In this document: piece after piece, positions 12,977 to 21,412 of the stretch | Numbering within the stretch: position 1 is the first letter of the stretch | Layout of the letters: each line of letters begins with the position of its first letter | DNA from: a virus | Virus record (IMG/VR): IMGVR_UViG_3300045988_075083 | Location: 1 to 37,513 of that record | DNA length: 37,513 nt | Reading direction: 5' to 3' (one strand) | Notes under the pieces: model-generated | What the model saw: only the letters and a program-made list of their open reading frames with translations | What the model was told of the DNA's origin: nothing | The model's database searches: none | Translations under genes and position numbers: made by a program

Positions 12977-13225
12977 GTGCCGAAGGTCAATCTGCTGCGG
13001 GACGAGGGCCGGGAACGTGCCAAGGTGAGGCGCACCCTGATCCGCATGAAGTGCGCGGAGCGGGACATCCCGTCCCAGGCGGTGCTGGCCCGGAAGATCG
13101 GGCTGAACGAGTCCACCATGAGCACCAAGATCAACAGCGGCGCATGGACGGCGGACGACCTGCGGGCGCTGGATCGGCAGCTGCGCTTCAGCGCGGAGGA
13201 GTTGGCCCGGTTCGTGCGGGCATGA
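12977..13225 (+). CDS. Small HTH-type DNA-binding protein (82 aa, GTG start)
   Basis: RBS GGAGGAGGTG. MKCAERDIPSQAVLARKIGLNESTMSTKINSG. Confidence 0.7.
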   Translation: MPKVNLLRDEGRERAKVRRTLIRMKCAERDIPSQAVLARKIGLNESTMSTKINSGAWTADDLRALDRQLRFSAEELARFVRA

Positions 13226-13276
13226 AAACAGCCGCCAGAGGGCGGCAGGAAGGAGCATGTGAAGGAGGTGAGACGT

Positions 13277-13429
13277 GTGGGTGACTTCATCCTTTACGCG
13301 GCGGTTGTCGTGGGCGCGTGGACGATGGCTTCGGCGACGGTCACGCTGGCGGAATCGCTGGGCAAAAAGAAAGACCGCCTTTCGGCTGGCACCGAAAAGC
13401 GGTCAGGCAGAACGAATTCTGCCGAATGA
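13277..13429 (+). CDS. Small membrane peptide (50 aa): (V/M)GDFILYAAVVVGAWTMASATVTLAESLGKKKDRL...
   Basis: RBS GAAGGAGGTG at 13261-13270. This frame has about 70% G/C at third positions. The track ORF 13275-13460 in the other frame is Arg/Trp-rich and looks off-frame. Confidence 0.5.
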   Translation: MGDFILYAAVVVGAWTMASATVTLAESLGKKKDRLSAGTEKRSGRTNSAE

Positions 13430-13484
13430 GAACACTATCATTGTAGCAGAAATTACCTGAACTGGCAAGGGGGAATTTGGAAAA

Positions 13485-14264
13485 ATGGCAGAAAATTTAG
13501 AGCGTCCGGCGTACTGGGCGGTGATTCCGGCCGACGTGCGCTATGACGATGACCTCCCCGCCAACGCCAAGCTGCTCTACGGCGAGATCACGGCCCTGTG
13601 CAACAACGAGGGCTACTGCTGGGCCTCCAACGAGTACTTTGCCCAGCTGTTCGGCTGGGCCACCAAGTCGGTGACCCGGCTGGTCTCCGCCCTGCGGGAC
13701 GCCGGCCACATCGAAGTGGAAATGGCGCCCTGCGGCGGCGGGACTGAGCGGCGGATCTACGCCGGTGTGGCTGTGGGGGGTGTCCGCAAAATTGCGGAGG
13801 GGGTCTCCGCAAAATTGCGGAGGGGGTCTCCGCAAAATTGCGGAGTCTATAATATGTTGAATAATACAGTGAATAATACCCCCCTTACCCCCCAAGGGGG
13901 AAAGCGTGGCAAAGGTGCTGCAAAGGATGCCCCGGACTGGAAGCCTGATCGCTTCGCCGGGTTCTGGGATTTCTACCCCAGCAAGGGCAAGAAGAACAAG
14001 CAGGGCGCGATCCGCGCCTGGGACAGGCTCAAGCCCAGCGACGACCTGATCCGGGAGATCGGCCAGGCGCTGGTGAAACTGAAGACCACCGATGATTGGC
14101 AACGGGGCGTGGCTATCCCCTACGCCGCCACGTTCCTCAACAACGGACGCTGGCATGATGCCGACTACCTGGAACGCGGCTGTCCCAGGGGTGAGCCAGG
14201 GGCGGCGGGCAGCAACGCCCCCACCATGGACTACGACTGGGGGGATGACGAGTGGCCGACGTAA
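13485..14264 (+). CDS. Replication initiation/organiser protein with N-terminal winged-HTH
   Basis: YWAVIPADVRYDDDLPANAKLLYGEITALCNNEGYCWASNEYFAQLFGWATKSVTRLVSALRDAGHI. C-terminus FWDFYPSKGKKNKQGAIRAW. Contains iterons and lies upstream of the helicase gene. Confidence 0.8.
   Translation: MAENLERPAYWAVIPADVRYDDDLPANAKLLYGEITALCNNEGYCWASNEYFAQLFGWATKSVTRLVSALRDAGHIEVEMAPCGGGTERRIYAGVAVGGVRKIAEGVSAKLRRGSPQNCGVYNMLNNTVNNTPLTPQGGKRGKGAAKDAPDWKPDRFAGFWDFYPSKGKKNKQGAIRAWDRLKPSDDLIREIGQALVKLKTTDDWQRGVAIPYAATFLNNGRWHDADYLERGCPRGEPGAAGSNAPTMDYDWGDDEWPT
13776..13846. repeat. Origin iterons: three tandem 23-bp units, each containing the inverted repeat TCCGCAA-AA-TTGCGGA
   Basis: Copies start at 13783, 13806 and 13829. 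The 23-bp period is not a multiple of 3, so each copy is read in a different frame. Followed by AT-rich tctataatatgttgaataatacagtgaataata (13846-13880). Confidence 0.75.
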
Positions 14265-15667
14265 TGCCCGCCCAGCGCTGGCTGGAGGCGGAGAACGCCG
14301 TCATCGGTGCGCTGCTGCTGGACGAGCGGCTGGCCTCGCCTATTCTGGCAGCGGTGGACGCCGCAGACATCTGCGACGCCGCCAACCGCAGGATCTATCA
14401 GGCGGCCCGGGCGCTGCTGCTGGAGGACAAACCGGTGGATCCCGTGACGATCCGCAGCAAGATCGGCCCGGAATGTGAGCAGAGGCTCCTCCAGCTGATG
14501 GAGGTCGTGCCTACCACCGCCAACTGGCGGGAATATGCCACCATCATGCATGAGCAGGCCGTCATGGCCCGCATCCGGGACACGGCTCACGACCTGATGG
14601 CCGAGCCGACGCTGGAGGGCTGCCGCAGCAAGGTGGCCGCTCTGGGCGAGATGCTGTCCGCCAGCCGGGGCGTCGAGGCGTGGACGATGACGGACGCCTA
14701 CCGGCACTTCATGGAGGCGCAGGACGCCGCCGAGAAGCGGGTTTATGTCAGCTACGGCATCCGGGAGCTGGACGCCGTCACATTCACCGAGCAGGGCGAC
14801 GTGGTGATCGTGGGCGGTGAGCCCTCCAGCGGCAAGACGCTGCTGGCGCTGCAAATGGCCTACCACATGTCCAAGACCTACAACGTGGGCTTCTTCAGCT
14901 TGGAGACCAATCCGGCCAAGCTAACCGACCGTCTGGTGTCCGCCGCTATCGACGTGGATTTCACGGCTATCAAGCGGCAGCAGCTGAAGGAGGGCGACTG
15001 GCAGCGGGTGGCCGAGGGCGGCCGGGATTTCACCGGACGTCGCCTGACGCTGATCCGGGGCTCCGGCATGACGGCCTCCCGCATTCAGGCGGTGAGCCGG
15101 TCGTATGACTTCGACATCATCTTTGTCGACTACGTGCAGCTGATCGCGCCGGAGACGGATCCCCGGCTGGGACAGACACAGGCCATGGCGGCGGTGTCCC
15201 GCTCCATGCACATGTTTGCCCAGAACAGCGGCACACTGGTGGTGGAGTTGGCACAGCTTTCCCGCCCGGAGAAGCAGGGCAAATGGCGCGAGCCCACCAT
15301 GCACGACCTGAAGGAGACCGGCCAGCTGGAGCAGGACGCTGACGTCATCATGATGCTCTACAAGCCGGAGGTGGGTGGAAAGTGCTACGGCTTCGAGGTG
15401 GTTGATCGGGATCAGGCGGATGGTATGCGCCTGCTGAAGCTGGTCAAGCAGAAGGAGGGGCGGCTGCTGCTGCCTATCCCGATGCATTTTGACGGCGCTA
15501 AGCAGCGCATGTCCGTCATGGCCGGGCCGGATGGTCGGGCCCTGATGCGCAAATTTTCCGATCTGGCCAAGGCCAGACAGGCCCAGCGGGCCGCCAAGCG
15601 CGGTGATCCCGTTCCGGGGCAGGTGAAGCTTGAGGAAGTCGAGGACGACGGCACGATGCCGTTTTAA
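14264..15667 (+). CDS. dnaB: DnaB-like replicative DNA helicase
   Basis: N-terminus LEAENAVIGALLLD...RRIYQAA. Walker A GGEPSSGKT. Walker B-like IIFVDYVQLI. LAQLSR. TAATG coupling to the upstream gene; alternative GTG start at 14252. Confidence 0.88.
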   Translation: MPAQRWLEAENAVIGALLLDERLASPILAAVDAADICDAANRRIYQAARALLLEDKPVDPVTIRSKIGPECEQRLLQLMEVVPTTANWREYATIMHEQAVMARIRDTAHDLMAEPTLEGCRSKVAALGEMLSASRGVEAWTMTDAYRHFMEAQDAAEKRVYVSYGIRELDAVTFTEQGDVVIVGGEPSSGKTLLALQMAYHMSKTYNVGFFSLETNPAKLTDRLVSAAIDVDFTAIKRQQLKEGDWQRVAEGGRDFTGRRLTLIRGSGMTASRIQAVSRSYDFDIIFVDYVQLIAPETDPRLGQTQAMAAVSRSMHMFAQNSGTLVVELAQLSRPEKQGKWREPTMHDLKETGQLEQDADVIMMLYKPEVGGKCYGFEVVDRDQADGMRLLKLVKQKEGRLLLPIPMHFDGAKQRMSVMAGPDGRALMRKFSDLAKARQAQRAAKRGDPVPGQVKLEEVEDDGTMPF

Positions 15668-15678
15668 GGAGGTGTCCG

Positions 15679-15924
15679 ATGGAAATCGGCGACAAGATCA
15701 TGTTTGTGCCGTACTGCAACCGCGCCGGCGTGACGGGCGAGATCAAGAGCAAACCCGTGCCGGGCCGGTTGGTGTGGATCCATCCGGAACTGCGCTTCGC
15801 GGTGGTGGAGCGGCGCACGAAAAATTATACATACCGGGAGAGCATATGGCTCACCCGGGCAGAAAGAAGGATGATGCTGAATGAGAACAATTGCGATCAT
15901 GAACCTAAAGGGCGGCGTGGGTAA
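15679..15924 (+). CDS. Hypothetical protein (81 aa)
   Basis: RBS AAGGAGG at 15666-15672. Its 3' end overlaps the parA-like start by 44 nt. Confidence 0.6.
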   Translation: MEIGDKIMFVPYCNRAGVTGEIKSKPVPGRLVWIHPELRFAVVERRTKNYTYRESIWLTRAERRMMLNENNCDHEPKGRRG

Positions 15925-16678
15925 GACGGTCACGGCCCTCAATCTGGCCGACGTGCTGCGTCGGGCCGGTAAACGGGTGGTGCTGGTGGACTGCGACGGT
16001 CAGGCCAATCTGACGGAGTTCTACCTGCAGGAGGCGGCGCTGGACGCGCTGGAAGATGGCGGCATTACGGTGACCGACCTGCTGATGGGCGGCGCCGAGC
16101 CGCTGTGGTGCGACAACGTGATCCCGCTGGGCAGCGACGGTCTGGTGTCGCTGCTTCCGGCTGACTCGTCCCTGTACGGGCTGGACATTGCCGCCATCAA
16201 GCTGGGGCAGAGCGTTTCCATCAAGCCGTTTGAGGACTTCCGGGACGCGGCGGCGGAGGACGGTGTGGACTACATGATCTTTGACTGCCCGCCCGGCTTC
16301 AGTGCCGGCAGCGTGGCCGCCCTGAACGCCGCGGAAGGCGTGGTGGTAACCACCAAGGTGGACGGCTTCTCCCTTCGGGGCGTGGGCAAGCTGCGGGCGC
16401 AGCTGCGCTCCATGCGGTCGGCGGCCTGCAATGCCGACGCTATCGACGGCGTGCTGATCACCCAGTGGCGAAAAGATAACGCCGTGCTGGCGGGCGAGCA
16501 GGTGCTGCGGAGCGCACCGGGTCTGAAGGTGTTCGACACGGTAATCCGGTGGTCGAGCCCGGTGGACGGCTCCACCATGGCCCAGCAGCCGCTGGACGAG
16601 TACAGTCCCCGCAGCAACGCGGCGCAGGACTACCGGGCGTGGGTCAAGGAGTATCTGGGTGAGGAGGTGACGGGCTGA
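15881..16678 (+). CDS. ParA/Soj-family ATPase
   Basis: Deviant Walker A IAIMNLKGGVGKTVTALNLA; DCDGQANLT; IFDCPPG. Confidence 0.88.
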   Translation: MRTIAIMNLKGGVGKTVTALNLADVLRRAGKRVVLVDCDGQANLTEFYLQEAALDALEDGGITVTDLLMGGAEPLWCDNVIPLGSDGLVSLLPADSSLYGLDIAAIKLGQSVSIKPFEDFRDAAAEDGVDYMIFDCPPGFSAGSVAALNAAEGVVVTTKVDGFSLRGVGKLRAQLRSMRSAACNADAIDGVLITQWRKDNAVLAGEQVLRSAPGLKVFDTVIRWSSPVDGSTMAQQPLDEYSPRSNAAQDYRAWVKEYLGEEVTG

Positions 16679-16974
16679 TGCGACTGATAGACGCTGATGC
16701 GGCGTATGAGCGCGCGCAGGTCGACTCACGCAGAGGGGTACTTGAAGACTGGGAGTTTGACATGATCGTCAACTGTCTGGACAGCGCTCCGACTGTCGAT
16801 GCGGCGCCGGTGGTACGGTGTAGGGATTGCAAACACTGGAGAGACAAGATCCCGTACACCGGGAAAAAACTTGGTTTTCACTGGTGCGACAAGTTTTGCA
16901 ACAACATTGTTGTCGGGGATGACTACTGCTCCTATGGTGAGCTGAGGGACGGAGGTGATCCGGATGGCCGGTAA
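16678..16974 (+). CDS. Cys-rich hypothetical phage protein (98 aa)
   Basis: TGATG coupling. LIDADAAYE...VVRCRDCKHW...HWCDKFC...DYCSYGE. Confidence 0.7.
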   Translation: MRLIDADAAYERAQVDSRRGVLEDWEFDMIVNCLDSAPTVDAAPVVRCRDCKHWRDKIPYTGKKLGFHWCDKFCNNIVVGDDYCSYGELRDGGDPDGR

Positions 16975-18487
16975 AGCTTCCAAAAAGTTCGACCTGGGCG
17001 AGCTGACCCGGGCGCTGGCGGGCGATGTTCCCGAATCGGGAACGGAGGGCCGCGACCAGATCGAGTACATCGACATCGACCTCATCGACAGCGATCCCAG
17101 CAATTTCTACGAGCTGAGGGACATCCCCGATCTGGCCGGCGACATCGAGACGGTGGGCCTGCAGCAGCCGCTGCTGGTGCGGCCCGGCGAAGACGGCCAT
17201 GTGGTGCTGATCTCCGGCCACCGGCGCAGGGCGGCGCTGCAGCTGCTGGTGGACGAGGGCAAAGAGCGGTTCCGGCAGGTGCCGTGCATCCGGAAGACGG
17301 GTGGGAACGCTCTGGTCTACGAGATGCAGCTGATCTTCGCCAACGCCCACACCCGTGTGCTGACCAACGCGGAGATTGGCAAACAGGCCGCGCGGCTGGA
17401 GGAGATATTCTACCAGCTGAAGGAGCAGGGCTATGAGTTCCCCGGCCGTATGATCGACCATGTGGCGGAGGCCTGCAACATCAAGCGGGCCAAGCTGGGG
17501 CGGCTGAAGAAGATCGAGGCGCATCTGGCCCCCTGCTACAAGCCCCTGTGGGACGCCGGCGACCTGCCGGAGGACACCGCTGACGCGCTGGCCGGTCTGC
17601 CCCAGGCCGTGCAGGAGCGGATCAAGCGGGTCTGCCCCAAGAAAACGCCCACGGCCAGCAATATTCGAGAAATCGGTACAAAAATGAAAACGGGGTTTTG
17701 CTATGACGTCATCGGCCTGAAGTGTCCGGACGGCGGGGTTTGTACTCAGCGGGATAAATTCCTGAAACATAACCTGACCTGCTACGGCTGGGAGCGCTGC
17801 AGCGGCGGCAAGTGCTGCGTAGAGTGCAGTGCGGGCGGTGCTCATAGGGTGGACGGCAGTGCATGCGGCGCCGCCTGCGCGGAGATGTGCGCCAAGGCCC
17901 GCGCCGTCTACGAGAAGGCCAAAGCCAAGCGGAAGGACAGCGAGGAGCGAGAGGCCGCCAGGGCCCGCAGCAAAGCCGTGCAGAAGGCTATGGCGGACGC
18001 GGCGCGGATCGTCCGGGCCGCCGACGCAGCGGGGCTGGACGACGACACAAAGTTGGAATCCGACTACTCGTCTCTGACCAAAATTGGAGTGTTGAGGAAA
18101 GTCTCGCAGGGCGACATCCCGGAGAACATGAGCAACTACGGGCTGAGCGAGATCATCCCGTACAGGACAAAGGATTTGACCAGCATGGCCCAGACGCTGC
18201 GCTGCTCCACTGACTACCTGCTGGGGCTGACGGATCAGCTGCGGCCCGCGTCCGCGGAGCCGGGCCGGATGGTGCTGGCGGCGTGGATGCCGGGCGGCCT
18301 GACGCCGCCTGAGCCGTGCGAGGTGGTGGCGGACGTAGATCCCGGCGACGGCGGGAAGCCCGTGCGCTGCTTCCTGCGCTGGCTGGGCGGCGCGTGGATG
18401 TTCAAAAATCTGGATAAGCAGATCGGCATGACAGTGATCCGGTGGCTGCGGCTGCCGGAGGTGGAAAAGGAGGAGAACGATGCTTAA
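16964..18487 (+). CDS. ParB-like N-terminal (ParB/Srx) domain protein with internal HTH and extended C-terminus
   Basis: IEYIDIDLIDSDPSNFYELRDIPDLAGDIETVGLQQPLLVRP...ISGHRRRAALQLL. Later LRCSTDYLLGLTD (end of an XRE-type HTH). Alternative GTG start at 16955. Confidence 0.85.
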   Translation: MAGKASKKFDLGELTRALAGDVPESGTEGRDQIEYIDIDLIDSDPSNFYELRDIPDLAGDIETVGLQQPLLVRPGEDGHVVLISGHRRRAALQLLVDEGKERFRQVPCIRKTGGNALVYEMQLIFANAHTRVLTNAEIGKQAARLEEIFYQLKEQGYEFPGRMIDHVAEACNIKRAKLGRLKKIEAHLAPCYKPLWDAGDLPEDTADALAGLPQAVQERIKRVCPKKTPTASNIREIGTKMKTGFCYDVIGLKCPDGGVCTQRDKFLKHNLTCYGWERCSGGKCCVECSAGGAHRVDGSACGAACAEMCAKARAVYEKAKAKRKDSEEREAARARSKAVQKAMADAARIVRAADAAGLDDDTKLESDYSSLTKIGVLRKVSQGDIPENMSNYGLSEIIPYRTKDLTSMAQTLRCSTDYLLGLTDQLRPASAEPGRMVLAAWMPGGLTPPEPCEVVADVDPGDGGKPVRCFLRWLGGAWMFKNLDKQIGMTVIRWLRLPEVEKEENDA

Positions 18488-18770
18488 GCTTACAGTTAAC
18501 GATGAACATGTCCATCAGGAAGTCCATGGAACCGCGATCGACGTTGCTATTGATGCCGTCCGCGCGATCGCTGCCATCTACCGCAGCCTGGAACGCCGGG
18601 ACGCTTTGGGCGCGGCGGTGTTCCGCGGCTCCGTGACTGCGCTTATTGGCGGCAGCTCTCCCGTTTGGGACACCTCGCGCGTGTCCAAATGTGTCAGCGT
18701 CGACACGGTTCCCGGTGCGGATGAAGTGATCAAGCGTGTGCTTGAGGGAGGGCAGCATGACGGAGATTGA
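18480..18770 (+). CDS. Hypothetical protein (96 aa)
   Basis: Overlaps the upstream stop; reasonable codon bias. Confidence 0.55.
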   Translation: MLKLTVNDEHVHQEVHGTAIDVAIDAVRAIAAIYRSLERRDALGAAVFRGSVTALIGGSSPVWDTSRVSKCVSVDTVPGADEVIKRVLEGGQHDGD

Positions 18771-18823
18771 TCTGACCCGCGACCAGTGCGCCGCGCTGGA
18801 TAAGCTGGAAGGAGGAAATGAAG

Positions 18824-19243
18824 ATGGCAGATAGAGTAAATGAATTGCTGGCGGAGTTGCGGGGTTGCGGCGAGACCTTGGGCTGCTGTGGCTGCAAGCG
18901 CGTCAATTCTCCAGAGTTGTGTCTAAGCCTTGTCGCCGAAGCCGCCGACGTGCTTCAGAAGTACGTCGACCGCTGCAAGCGCTACGCCGATGAGATCATG
19001 GCGCTGCGGGAGAAGCCGCGGTGGATCCCTGTGACGGAGCGGCTGCCGGAGACGGAAGATTTTGTGCTGGCGGTCGTAAATGGCAAGCCGACGGAAAACG
19101 TCACACTTGTGGATTCAATCGAGATCGCGTTGTTTATGCGGGATGAAGGCTGGTGCTTGGATATGTACCCGGAATGGGAGGATCCGAAGGTCACCCACTG
19201 GATGCCCCTGCCGCCCGCGCCGGAGGTGACGTGCGATGGGTAA
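18824..19243 (+). CDS. DUF551-like phage protein (139 aa)
   Basis: RBS GGAAGGAGG 8 nt upstream of the ATG. WIPVTERLPE...VTHWMPLPPAP. Confidence 0.7.
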   Translation: MADRVNELLAELRGCGETLGCCGCKRVNSPELCLSLVAEAADVLQKYVDRCKRYADEIMALREKPRWIPVTERLPETEDFVLAVVNGKPTENVTLVDSIEIALFMRDEGWCLDMYPEWEDPKVTHWMPLPPAPEVTCDG

Positions 19244-19571
19244 GCAGAGCGGCTTCCTGCGGAAGGTGCAGGAGAACCAGCGGCAAAACATGCACCTGCA
19301 GCGGCTGTTCACCATTCAGCAGTGTGAGGACATGGCGCTGATCACGCTGGGACAGGATTTCGGCTTTGGCGAGAAGCGGGCCACGGAGTTTCTGGAGAAG
19401 TACCGGGAAACCTTTGAGGCCTACGCCTCTCTGTGCCTGGAGAACGCCAAGGGCGACGCGAATATGGACTATACCAAGGGCTGCATCGACCGGGAGCTGG
19501 CGCGCATCATGGGCAGCGCCTTCCAGCCCTGGGAGGTGCGGTATCCGGAGAAAGTGTTTGGTGGAAAATGA
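19236..19571 (+). CDS. Hypothetical phage protein (111 aa)
   Basis: Overlaps neighbours at both ends; coding bias. Confidence 0.65.
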   Translation: MGKQSGFLRKVQENQRQNMHLQRLFTIQQCEDMALITLGQDFGFGEKRATEFLEKYRETFEAYASLCLENAKGDANMDYTKGCIDRELARIMGSAFQPWEVRYPEKVFGGK

Positions 19572-19780
19572 TTACTTTGGAAGTTGAAAGCTATTGTCAT
19601 AAGTGTGACCGCTTTGTGCCTACGTCCGTGCGGCGCTCGACGCTGCGGTGTTTCCCCTTGTCCGGCAAGGCGGAAACGCATGCTGGCGACTTTTCCGTTG
19701 TCTGCATGTATCGTGCCGGTTGCCTGGCCATCGAGCAGGTGATCCGGTCGGAGATCGCGGCGAAGGAGGGCGAGGGATGA
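19568..19780 (+). CDS. Hypothetical Cys-containing protein (70 aa)
   Basis: ATGA coupling at 19568. The track ORF 19433-19780 begins too early, inside the previous gene. Confidence 0.55.
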   Translation: MITLEVESYCHKCDRFVPTSVRRSTLRCFPLSGKAETHAGDFSVVCMYRAGCLAIEQVIRSEIAAKEGEG

Positions 19781-20049
19781 CCCGAAAACGATACATCAAG
19801 CTGCTGATGGGCTATGGCTACACCCGGAATCTGGCGCAGGCCCGGGCAGCCATCGACCTTCCCAGCTATGGCAACAGCTATGCCCGCGCATTTGCGGCTC
19901 TGGATCCATACCTTCGGGCCAGGGGCGCGTTCCGCGACATGTGCGCCAGACTTGTGAACACATGGGGGTCTATTCAGCCGCGGCTTCTCCGCACGGCTCA
20001 GGACATTATAGACGCGCTGGCAGCGGTCGGAAAGGAGGGTCAGGGATGA
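19777..20049 (+). CDS. Hypothetical protein, tandem paralogue 1 (90 aa, MTRKRYIKLLM...)
   Basis: ATGA coupling; about 45 nt around the start nearly identical to 20028-20076. Confidence 0.65.
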   Translation: MTRKRYIKLLMGYGYTRNLAQARAAIDLPSYGNSYARAFAALDPYLRARGAFRDMCARLVNTWGSIQPRLLRTAQDIIDALAAVGKEGQG

Positions 20050-20285
20050 CCCGAAAACGATACATCAAGCTGCTGATGGCGTGTGGAACTGGCAGGAGTC
20101 AGGCGATTCGGAACGCCCGCTATGTGCAGGCATATCGCGCTTCGTATCGTGGCGATTTGGTCTGCTGGTTAAGCTTGTCGTTTGCCGCCATGCCTTGGGC
20201 GCAGACGGATGAGCAGCGTAGTGTTCTCCGTCGGCGCGCCGCGATCCTCAAGCGTGCCCTGTATGGCGAGGTGGCCCATGAGTGA
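20046..20285 (+). CDS. Hypothetical protein, tandem paralogue 2 (79 aa, MTRKRYIKLLM...)
   Basis: Same RBS and first 11 codons as 19777-20049. Confidence 0.65.
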   Translation: MTRKRYIKLLMACGTGRSQAIRNARYVQAYRASYRGDLVCWLSLSFAAMPWAQTDEQRSVLRRRAAILKRALYGEVAHE

Positions 20286-21039
20286 GGGCCCTCGTCTGTG
20301 CGTGGTGACGCAACGGGCGGGCCCGCTGACCAAGACCTACAGCACCGACAGATTCCGTTACGTGAGGAGGGCGGCCCGACATCAATGTCGCGGTTCGCCC
20401 GACTCCGGCCCCGCGAACTGGAACAAACCGGCGCAAAAGCTGGAATTGTACCTCGCCCTGTTCGGCTTCTCCGGCGCCCACTACGTGCTGACGTTTCGGG
20501 ATGAGGATCTTCCGCAGGACTTTGACGGCGTCAAGCAATGCCTGAGGAACTTCGTCAGGCGCGTACACCGACGATATCCAGAGGTGAGGCGGTATGTGTA
20601 TGCCGTGGAAGCAGGCCATGAACGCGGCCGCTGGCATATTCATTTCGTGGCCGACGAACAGGAACTTCCGCTGACGGCGGTAGAGACCCTCTGGCGGCAC
20701 GGCTTTGTGAATCCGGGCTATCATGAGTATCCGGTGTTGTGCCATGACGAAGGATATTCTAGATTGGCCAAGTACCTGTGCAAGCCGGACGGGATGAAGC
20801 CGCTGGGCAAGCACCGGTGGGGTGCTGCCAAGGAGATGCGCCGGATGATACCGCCGCCGACGGTGCGGGTGCAGGCACGGCGGCCGGGCGTTCCCAAAGA
20901 CGCGTTCTGGACGGGCTTCGAGGCCGCGCCGGTGCGCAAGGTGGGCGGCCAGTCCAGCCCACTGATGGAGTACTCGGACTGGGTTGCCGCGCCCAAACCG
21001 GGAACGTACCGGTTTCTGGAAACTGACGCGAAAACGTAA
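20278..21039 (+). CDS. HUH-type (rolling-circle Rep-like) endonuclease/replication protein (253 aa)
   Basis: Motif I-like HYVLTF. HUH motif RWHIHFVAD. Tyr motif YSRLAKYLCKP. Start ATG 20278 (ATGAGTGA overlap). Confidence 0.65.
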   Translation: MSEGPRLCVVTQRAGPLTKTYSTDRFRYVRRAARHQCRGSPDSGPANWNKPAQKLELYLALFGFSGAHYVLTFRDEDLPQDFDGVKQCLRNFVRRVHRRYPEVRRYVYAVEAGHERGRWHIHFVADEQELPLTAVETLWRHGFVNPGYHEYPVLCHDEGYSRLAKYLCKPDGMKPLGKHRWGAAKEMRRMIPPPTVRVQARRPGVPKDAFWTGFEAAPVRKVGGQSSPLMEYSDWVAAPKPGTYRFLETDAKT

Positions 21040-21080
21040 GCACTTATTATTAAATTAAAGATTTATAAATTATACTTCTA

Positions 21081-21109
21081 TTGCTAGTAATTACTTGTAA
21101 CGCTATGAC
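21081..21109 (+). promoter_or_regulatory. Candidate promoter in AT-rich spacer (TTGCTA-17 nt-TATGAC), at the head of the late/packaging region
   Basis: The only markedly AT-rich spacer (21040-21130) between the early and late modules. Confidence 0.35.
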
Positions 21110-21147
21110 TTATTTGTGACCATAGCGAGAAAAGGAGGTGAAAGGCC

Positions 21148-21357
21148 TTGCGAGTTACGTCGCAGTATGGTAAACTTGATGTAGATAATCGCAGCGGGTT
21201 CGTTGCCTGCCCGGTATGCGGCAACCCACGCCTTACGAGGGTGAGGCAAGACACCAGCGCGGCAAACCTTCCCGCGCACTGTAAGCGATGCAAAACGGAG
21301 TTTCTCCTGGATATCGAGGGTGAGACCAGAGCGCTTGACGCCAGAGTCCAGAACTGA
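21148..21357 (+). CDS. Cysteine-rich KTR-type zinc-ribbon protein (69 aa, TTG start)
   Basis: RBS AAGGAGGTG 7 nt upstream. ACPVCGNPRLTRVRQDTSAANLPAHCKRCKTEFLLDI. Confidence 0.7.
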   Translation: MRVTSQYGKLDVDNRSGFVACPVCGNPRLTRVRQDTSAANLPAHCKRCKTEFLLDIEGETRALDARVQN

Positions 21358-21397
21358 GCCATGATGGCTTGTGTTCGGATTCTGGCGTTTTTGTTTT
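21339..21397 (+). terminator. Possible attenuator/terminator: imperfect long hairpin then TTTTTGTTTT
   Basis: cgccaga (21339-21345) pairs with tctggcg (21381-21387), with inner pairing agccat/atggct, then a T-run at 21388-21397. Confidence 0.35.
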
Positions 21398-21412
21398 GCC
21401 TGGAGGTGGCCC

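Noticed and set aside
13275-13460. Track ORF MWVTSSFTRRLSWARGRWLRRRSRW...
   Set aside because: Its Arg/Trp-rich composition indicates an off-frame reading. The frame starting at GTG 13277 gives a hydrophobic helix and G/C-rich third positions, so that frame was annotated instead.
13776-13846. Possible mini CRISPR array (also considered for 23021-23086)
   Set aside because: The repeats are contiguous with no spacers (23-bp and 15-bp periods), lie inside coding genes, and no cas genes are present. They were interpreted as iterons and as an in-frame coding repeat.
18757-18834. 25-aa ORF MTEIDLTRDQCAALDKLEGGNEDGR between 18480-18770 and 18824-19243
   Set aside because: It is too short, overlaps both neighbours, and its sequence also provides the RBS of the next gene. 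Evidence is insufficient.
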